Origin: Sedimenticolaceae bacterium
Lineage (GTDB): Bacteria > Pseudomonadota > Gammaproteobacteria > Chromatiales > Chromatiaceae
Length of the DNA stretch: 64,000 bases
Reading direction: 5' to 3'
Assembly: GCA_050295355.1 (NCBI GenBank)
Contig: JBNKPL010000002.1
Span: 1,353-65,352, forward strand
Numbering within the stretch: position 1 is the first letter of the stretch; each line of letters opens with the position of its first letter. Both the position numbers and the translations under genes were made by a program. Below are positions 58,561-64,000 of this stretch, one piece after another. The notes beneath the pieces were generated by a model. The model made no database searches, had not been told where the DNA came from, and saw nothing but the letters and a program-made list of their open reading frames with translations.

Positions 58561-59427
58561 TCATTTTTCCGCCGGGAAACGGACCGCCAGCATGGTGATG
58601 TTGTCCTGTATCCGATGCTTTTCACCCAGCTCCTGCAGCGGCATGCCCTCCCGAAGGTGAGCGATGGTGTTTCGCACCTGCTCACGCATATCCTCTTCCG
58701 AATTCAGCATGCCGTCGCTGGCCAATAGCACCAGGGCATGATCCGGGTCGGCCTCGAAGGTCTTGATCTCGGGAGCCCGGATCAGGGTGTAGGCTTTGTC
58801 TCCCAGGGCGCGGGTTACCGCCAGTCCGACCCCGCTCTCCCCGGTGTATAGATACATCTGTGACTGCTGGCAAGGTTTGCCCTTCTCATCCTTATAGCGC
58901 TGCCGGATGGCGGCGGCGTCCTTCGCGTTCAGCTTGACCGAATGGAGGGGCGGCATGGCCAGCGCCCCCGGCCGGGAGCTGAAGGCGAAAATCGAATCTC
59001 CCATCTGCCCCACATGGGCGCGCAGGCGAAGGCTCCGGTCGCGGATACGGAAGCCGAGCTGCAGAAAGGCCAGGGTCAGGGTGGAGCCGCTATGCTCGTT
59101 ATCGGTCAGTTCGATCAGGCGTTTTATGGTGCGGCGGATCACCTGCCGTTCCTTGGAGGCCGGCAGTCCCCATCGGGTCCAGTCCGGATCCTCCGCTACT
59201 AGCGCGGCGCGCTCCTCGGAATAGATCTGGGTGGTGTTTTCCGCCAACAGGGAAGAGGCCCCGGTACCGTTGTGGCCATCCGCTATCATCAGCAGCAGGC
59301 CGTCCCGGAGATTGGAGACCAGATAGCGATCCTGCTGCTCCTGCCGTTCGCCAATGGCCTGATAGGTGTCCACCGCCGGTGAAATGTGGCGGTCGCTGAT
59401 GGGGATAAACTCTTTTCTTTCCGACAT
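58561..59427 (-). CDS. PP2C-family Ser/Thr protein phosphatase
   Basis: From MSERKEFIP: metal-binding motifs MIADGHNG and LLASDGM. The 150-codon upstream extension overlaps the neighbouring gene and was rejected. Confidence 0.75.
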   Translation of the reverse strand: MSERKEFIPISDRHISPAVDTYQAIGERQEQQDRYLVSNLRDGLLLMIADGHNGTGASSLLAENTTQIYSEERAALVAEDPDWTRWGLPASKERQVIRRTIKRLIELTDNEHSGSTLTLAFLQLGFRIRDRSLRLRAHVGQMGDSIFAFSSRPGALAMPPLHSVKLNAKDAAAIRQRYKDEKGKPCQQSQMYLYTGESGVGLAVTRALGDKAYTLIRAPEIKTFEADPDHALVLLASDGMLNSEEDMREQVRNTIAHLREGMPLQELGEKHRIQDNITMLAVRFPAEK

Positions 59428-59429
59428 GG

Positions 59430-59627
59430 TTACCGCCGGGCGCCGATGGGCGCCAGCAGGGCATACAGAATCCAGGCGAACCAGGAAACACACAGCACGG
59501 CGAGGAGCCAGAACAGTTTTTCGCCGCCCGAGGTCTTGCCGGACTTGAGGATCAGCACCAGGGGAAGCAGCCAGATGAGCAGGATCAGGATTAGAAAGCC
59601 GGCGCCCAGGCCGAGTAGGGTCTCCAC
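59430..59627 (-). CDS. Small 2-TM protein, PLDc_N-like (65-70 aa)
   Basis: Two TM helices ending in WFAWILYALLAPIG. GTG 59627 is preceded by GGAG at 8-nt spacing. The track TTG start is at 59642. Confidence 0.5.
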   Translation of the reverse strand: METLLGLGAGFLILILLIWLLPLVLILKSGKTSGGEKLFWLLAVLCVSWFAWILYALLAPIGARR

Positions 59628-59663
59628 AGTGTTTTCTCCCAAATAGGTTCTTCTTGGTTTGTA

Positions 59664-60962
59664 TCAGAGAAAATAATCGAAAAAGGTACTGAAGAGCAAC
59701 GTGGCGATGGTGAGGCTGGCCAAAGTGGCGGGAATCCCGTGCCGTAACCAGGTGGCGGGGGATATGCGCGCATTGGGGATGCCGCAGCGCTCCGATTCCG
59801 CCACCGCGATCAGGTTGGCGGTGGCGCCGATATGGGTGGCGTTCCCGCCCAGTCCCACCCCGAGGGCGAGGGCCCACCAGAGCGGCGCGATGTTGACCCC
59901 CTGGCTCTCCAGCCCGAGGATGATGGGGATCATGGTGACGGTGAACGGGATGTTATCCACGATCGCGCTCAACACCGCCGACATCCACATCAGGGCCAGG
60001 CAGGTGATCAGCAGCATGCCCGGCTCTCGCGCCAGTACGCCCAGCTCTTGTCCCAGCAGATCCAGCAGCCCCGAGGCCTTTACCCCGCCGACGATGATGA
60101 ACAGGCCGCTGAAGAAGATCAGCACCGACCAGTTCACGGCCTTGAACAAATTGTTCGGCTCCGGCTGCAGCAGCGCCAGCGCCAACGCCAGACCGATAAA
60201 TGCGGCAAAGGCGGGATAGATATGCAGATGGTGATGGGTGAAAAACAGGATCAAGATGACCGCCAGCGCGAACAACGTTCGCCGGAGCTGTACGGGGTTC
60301 TGGATCGCCTGGCCGAGATCCAGATCCAGGACCGGGATCCCGCCCGGCTTTAGTTCCCGCCGAAACAGGAACAGCAACAATCCCACGGTTCCCAGCCAGA
60401 CCCCCACCACGGGGGGTCCCATATGGATCAGAAAGCTGGAAAAGTCGATCCCGCCGGCGCTGCCGATCATGATATTGGGCGGGTCGCCCACCAGGGTGGC
60501 CGCCCCGCCCACGTTGGAGAGCATCGCCTCGGCGATCAGAAAGGGCATGGGATTGAGTTTGAGCAGACGGCAGATCAGCACCGTCAGCGGCGCGAATACG
60601 ATCACCGTGGTCACATTGTCCAGAATCATGCTGATCAGGCTCACCGCCAGGCTGAGGTAGAGCAACAGCCGCCGGGGGTCGCCCTGGGAGAGATGGGCGA
60701 TCCACACCGCCGAGTAGTCGAAGGCGCCGGTGGGACGCAGCAGGGCGACGAACATCATCATGGCGGCCAGCAGGAGGATGGTGTTGGCGTCGATGGCGGC
60801 CAGCGCCTCCTCCTGGGAATAGAATCCCATCGCCATGCCGACACCGATCATGATCACCGAGCCGAGGATGGCGGCGCTGGTGCGGTGAATGATCTCGCGG
60901 AAGATGAAGATGTAGGTGGCCACCAGGATCAGCGTGGAGGTGGCCATGGCATAGCTATTCAT
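59664..60962 (-). CDS. ArsB/NhaD superfamily (CitMHS-like) anion permease
   Basis: 432-aa polytopic protein with a duplicated hairpin-type permease pattern (GGAATLVGDPPN, GGNATHIGATANL). Confidence 0.7.
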   Translation of the reverse strand: MNSYAMATSTLILVATYIFIFREIIHRTSAAILGSVIMIGVGMAMGFYSQEEALAAIDANTILLLAAMMMFVALLRPTGAFDYSAVWIAHLSQGDPRRLLLYLSLAVSLISMILDNVTTVIVFAPLTVLICRLLKLNPMPFLIAEAMLSNVGGAATLVGDPPNIMIGSAGGIDFSSFLIHMGPPVVGVWLGTVGLLLFLFRRELKPGGIPVLDLDLGQAIQNPVQLRRTLFALAVILILFFTHHHLHIYPAFAAFIGLALALALLQPEPNNLFKAVNWSVLIFFSGLFIIVGGVKASGLLDLLGQELGVLAREPGMLLITCLALMWMSAVLSAIVDNIPFTVTMIPIILGLESQGVNIAPLWWALALGVGLGGNATHIGATANLIAVAESERCGIPNARISPATWLRHGIPATLASLTIATLLFSTFFDYFL

Positions 60963-60966
60963 GAAA

Positions 60967-61434
60967 TCAGGACTCCGTGGGACAGCTTTCCCAATGCTTG
61001 ACCAGCAGGCTGGCGATGCCGGCGCGGGTTACCGTGCCCTGATAAGCGCCGTCATCAATGATGAACAGATAACTGGAGTTATACCGCTCCATGATGGCGA
61101 CCGCCTTGACCACCGGCGAGCCGGAGCTCAGGCTGGGGATGGTCTTTAGCAGGTAGGGCTCGACGGGCTGACTCAGGATTTGGCACTTCTCGATATCCTG
61201 CAGATCCAGGTGCGTGAAGCTGTTTCCCAGCAGGTGGGCGCCGTCCACCATGTCCCCGGGCACGCACTCTTCACGGAACACATGCCGCATGGAGATGCGG
61301 CCGATGATGGCCCCGTTTTCATCCCGGTAGGGCAGGCCGGCTACGCCCTTGGCGACGCACTCCTGAAACACTTCGCCCACCGTCATGCCGGCGTGGGCGA
61401 CGAGGGTGGTGATCATAACCTCACGCAAAATCAT
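60967..61434 (-). CDS. CBS-pair domain protein (155 aa)
   Basis: Two CBS motifs. Its stop lies 4 nt before the permease ATG. Confidence 0.75.
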   Translation of the reverse strand: MILREVMITTLVAHAGMTVGEVFQECVAKGVAGLPYRDENGAIIGRISMRHVFREECVPGDMVDGAHLLGNSFTHLDLQDIEKCQILSQPVEPYLLKTIPSLSSGSPVVKAVAIMERYNSSYLFIIDDGAYQGTVTRAGIASLLVKHWESCPTES

Positions 61435-61573
61435 GATAAGTACGCCTCATCTCTCGTGGTTAGGAAGAACCTATCTCATAATAGCTTGCAGTTGCCACCC
61501 TGAGGCAATTATTGCTACAAAACGGGAAGAATTGCGGTTTTGTCACGGCGGCCGATTGTTGAGGGAACACAAA

Positions 61574-62113
61574 ATGGGAAAAACCTTTACTGAAATTAAA
61601 GAGCTGCATCAGATCTTCATCGAAAACCAGAAGATGTTTTTCGTCAGCACCGCGCCCCGGCAGGGGCGGATCAACCTCTCGCCAAAGGGTATGGACAGCT
61701 TCCGGGTGCGGGAGCCGAACCGGGTGGCGTGGCTCAACCTGACCGGCAGCGCCAACGAAACGGCGGCCCACCTGATGGAAGACACGCGCATGACGGTGAT
61801 GTTCTGCTCCTTCGAAGAGGATCCCATGATCCTGCGGCTCTACGGCCAGGCCCGGGCGCTGCATCCGCGCGACGGAGACTGGCGCGAGCTGCGCTCCCTG
61901 TTCCCCGAACAGGCGGGGGTGCGCCAGATGATCGACATGGAGGTGGATCTGGTCCACACCTCCTGCGGCTACGGCGTACCCCGCTATGAATATGTGGGGG
62001 AACGCCCCCTGCTCAATGACTGGCTGGAGAAGAAAGGGGAGGCGGGTATCCGGGAGTACTGGGAGAGCAAGAACGCGCTCAGCCTGGATGGCAAACCCAC
62101 GGGGATTCGTTGA
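61574..62113 (+). CDS. Pyridoxamine 5'-phosphate oxidase-like (split-barrel flavin-binding) family protein
   Basis: MGKTFTEIKELHQIFIENQKMFFVSTAP..GRINLSPKG pattern, 179 aa. The upstream extension was rejected. Confidence 0.65.
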   Translation: MGKTFTEIKELHQIFIENQKMFFVSTAPRQGRINLSPKGMDSFRVREPNRVAWLNLTGSANETAAHLMEDTRMTVMFCSFEEDPMILRLYGQARALHPRDGDWRELRSLFPEQAGVRQMIDMEVDLVHTSCGYGVPRYEYVGERPLLNDWLEKKGEAGIREYWESKNALSLDGKPTGIR

Positions 62114-62119
62114 GATCCT

Positions 62120-62737
62120 ATGCTACCGGAGCCGCCGCCGTTTCGTGACAACCGGCCCCTGCAGAGCATGGTGGCCTGGCTGATCCTGTTCTGGTCGTTG
62201 ATGGCGATCCAGCCCTTCAACCGCTTCGACTGGTTTCTGGAGAATCTGCTGGTTTTTATCTATGGCGTGCTGCTGGCCGCCACCTATGGACGGTTCCGTT
62301 TCTCCAATCTCTCTTACGGACTTTTCACCCTGTTCTTGACCCTGCATCTGACCGGCGCCCACTACACCTATGCGGAAACGCCCTTCGGCTTCTGGCTGCA
62401 GGAGGCGGGCGGTTTCGAGCGCAATCACTACGACCGGCTGGTGCACTTCGCCTACGGACTGCTCTCCGCCTATCCGTTTTGGGAGGTGCTGGTGCGGGCG
62501 GCCAAGACCAGGCCCGCCTGGGCAAGGTTTATGGCCCCGGCCCTGATTCTCGCCTTCAGCGCATTTTACGAGGTGATGGAGGCGGTGGTGGCGATGATCG
62601 TCAGTCCCGAGGCGGGGGACGCCTATCTCGGCACCCAGGGGGATATCTGGGATGCGCAGCACGATATGCTTCTGGCCTTTTCCGGCGCGGTCATCGCCAT
62701 GATGTTCATCCGGAATCCCCAGACAGCAGAGGGCTAA
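62120..62737 (+). CDS. DUF2238 (YjdF-like) membrane protein
   Basis: 205 aa with multiple TM segments and the conserved HLTGAHYTYAE.PFG segment. Confidence 0.6.
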   Translation: MLPEPPPFRDNRPLQSMVAWLILFWSLMAIQPFNRFDWFLENLLVFIYGVLLAATYGRFRFSNLSYGLFTLFLTLHLTGAHYTYAETPFGFWLQEAGGFERNHYDRLVHFAYGLLSAYPFWEVLVRAAKTRPAWARFMAPALILAFSAFYEVMEAVVAMIVSPEAGDAYLGTQGDIWDAQHDMLLAFSGAVIAMMFIRNPQTAEG

Positions 62738-62823
62738 TCCAGCCGTCACAGGTTTTTCCGCCCCGGGTTTTCTGCGAAGATAGCCGGCCGTTTGTATTTG
62801 TTATTTGTCAGGGGGAGAAGGTG

Positions 62824-63048
62824 ATGCAGTTCCATTCATGCCGCGGAAAAGATTACTGTACCGAGGAGGGTACGCATTGCGAAGGCTGCGGCCGCAGCCA
62901 TGAGGAGGTCGCCAAAACCCGCGAGTTGATCGGGGCGGTAGCCGGCTACGCCCTGGAGATGGGCTACGAGAACTATGCGGAGTTCGCCGCCTTCATCGGC
63001 GACAAGGCGGCGAAGAAGATCAAATACACCCTCGAAAAGGAGGGTTGA
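62824..63048 (+). CDS. Small Cys-rich protein, DUF1289-like N-terminus (74 aa)
   Basis: SCRGKDYCTEEGTHCEGCGRSHEE resembles the E. coli YdhL motif SPCRGICQSDERGFCRGCFRSRDE. GGGGGAGAAGG Shine-Dalgarno sequence before the ATG. Confidence 0.5.
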   Translation: MQFHSCRGKDYCTEEGTHCEGCGRSHEEVAKTRELIGAVAGYALEMGYENYAEFAAFIGDKAAKKIKYTLEKEG

Positions 63049-63055
63049 TCCAGAT

Positions 63056-63886
63056 TCACGTTTGGCTACAGAACGCCTGTTGCGCCGCCTGGTAACCGGC
63101 CTCCACGATGGGCTGGTATTTGTGGAAGTGGTAGATCTTGTATCCCGCCAGATGGGGCGTGATCAGGATGGTGTCCGGGGCGCCTTCTATCGCCTCCCGG
63201 GTCTGGTTGCGAATCATCAGGTAGAGGGCCCGTTCATAGCTGTCGATGATCGCCTTGGTCCGTTCCAGTAACGAGTTCTCGCCCGGCCGGTAGGGGTCCA
63301 GGGTCCGTTCCGAAATCACATCCACGGCGACGATGGGCAGCGACCGGTCGGAGACCTCCGCCACTGGCAGGTTGGCGCACAGAAAGCCGTCCACATAGTG
63401 GCTCTCCTCCAGCGTCACGGGGGGGAACAGGACCGGGATGGACATGGAGCAGCGCACCGCATCCTTGAGCAGCAGATCGTCCCGCTGGTCGAAAACCCGT
63501 TTCGAGCCGTCGTTGAAATCGGTGGCGACGATACGCAGCGGGCGCGGCAGATCATTCATCCGGCGCTCGCCGAACAGGGTGCTGAATACCCCATCAAGCT
63601 TATTGGTGTTGAGCAGCGCCGGGTCATTGAAAGAGGGCCGCGCCCAGTTGGTGACGTTGGAGAAGCGTTCGATCTGCTCCATGATCTGCGGTTCATCCAG
63701 CCCGATGGCGCTGGCCGCGCCGACGATGGCGCCCATGCTGGTGCCGATGATCTCCTTCGGTTGCAGGCCGTGTTCGGAGAGAAAGCGCAGCACCCCGATA
63801 TGGGCATAGCCCAGGGCGCCGCCGCCCGACAGCACCAGCGAGAAGCCGTTGCGCAGTTGTTCCAGTTGGGATTCGGGTGTTTGCAT
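63056..63886 (-). CDS. Patatin-like phospholipase
   Basis: Oxyanion motif SGGGALGYAHIG, nucleophile GTSMG, and the catalytic Asp in VDGF. Confidence 0.88.
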   Translation of the reverse strand: MQTPESQLEQLRNGFSLVLSGGGALGYAHIGVLRFLSEHGLQPKEIIGTSMGAIVGAASAIGLDEPQIMEQIERFSNVTNWARPSFNDPALLNTNKLDGVFSTLFGERRMNDLPRPLRIVATDFNDGSKRVFDQRDDLLLKDAVRCSMSIPVLFPPVTLEESHYVDGFLCANLPVAEVSDRSLPIVAVDVISERTLDPYRPGENSLLERTKAIIDSYERALYLMIRNQTREAIEGAPDTILITPHLAGYKIYHFHKYQPIVEAGYQAAQQAFCSQT

Positions 63887-64000
63887 GAGGGCAGCGCCTG
63901 TCCTTGAAATGTCGGTACAAGATTACCAGATATGGAAGTTCAAGATTGGGGGAACTCCCATATAAATATCATCCCGCCCCTCCCCCACAAGTGGGGGAGG

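Noticed and set aside
63056-63886. The patatin-like phospholipase as a CBASS (CapV-type) effector.
   Set aside because: No cyclase (CD-NTase), Cap2/3 or other defence genes are adjacent within the window. The downstream neighbour is on the opposite strand. Upstream context lies beyond the window end, so this cannot be evaluated further.
63979-64000. The 22-bp palindrome CCTCCCCCAC-AA-GTGGGGGAGG at the window edge.
   Set aside because: It is truncated by the window end, and the 2-nt loop makes a simple RNA hairpin unlikely. It may belong to another repeat family, but a single partial copy cannot support a call.

Overview
This is a high-GC (about 60%), densely coding chromosomal core segment with gammaproteobacterial synteny: bamD-rluD-pgeF...clpB, rnfABCDGE-nth, and ftsYEX-rpoH next to rsmD-coaD. 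I see no rRNA, tRNA, CRISPR array, transposase, integrase or recognisable defence island. I therefore treat it as mostly ordinary housekeeping DNA with a few unusual details. Gene blocks in order: (1) bamD', rluD, pgeF, an ACT-domain protein, def, clpB. (2) A HAD-IB hydrolase divergent from rppH. (3) lemA-DUF2207 followed by an ABC-2 exporter. (4) An acetate locus on the minus strand: a small peptide, an SLC5-STAC sensor kinase, an NtrC-like regulator and an unknown ORF, then yjcH-actP, then a cNMP/CBS/DUF294 nucleotidyltransferase, a DEDDh exonuclease and a membrane protein, then acs. (5) trkA-trkH plus an RCK K+ channel. (6) rnfABCDGE-nth-DUF1841, a host-attachment-like protein and a LonC-like protease. 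(7) An HDOD protein, metG, apbC and a DAHP synthase. (8) rpoH, ftsXEY, an M16 peptidase pair, rsmD, coaD, yfhL. (9) TauE, glgP, a PP2C/PLDc_N/ArsB-NhaD/CBS operon, a PNPOx-like protein, DUF2238, a DUF1289-like protein and a patatin. The points most worth a second look are these. The regulator of the acetate-linked two-component system lacks the GAFTGA sigma-54 loop, and two unknown ORFs are translationally coupled to that system. An uncharacterised nucleotidyltransferase, exonuclease and membrane-protein trio sits between actP and acs. A roughly 540-bp low-GC patch lies in frame inside metG. The aroG-rpoH spacer holds a structured 155-bp-period tandem repeat plus an orphan terminator and sRNA or small-ORF candidate. 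A CIRCE-like operator overlaps a sigma-E-type promoter upstream of rpoH. A REP-like inverted-repeat family built from CACAGAG 9-mers occupies five intergenic loci, one of them inside the rnf operon. All start sites were refined by eye from the ORF track, which includes TTG and GTG starts. All family names come from motif recognition, not database searches.
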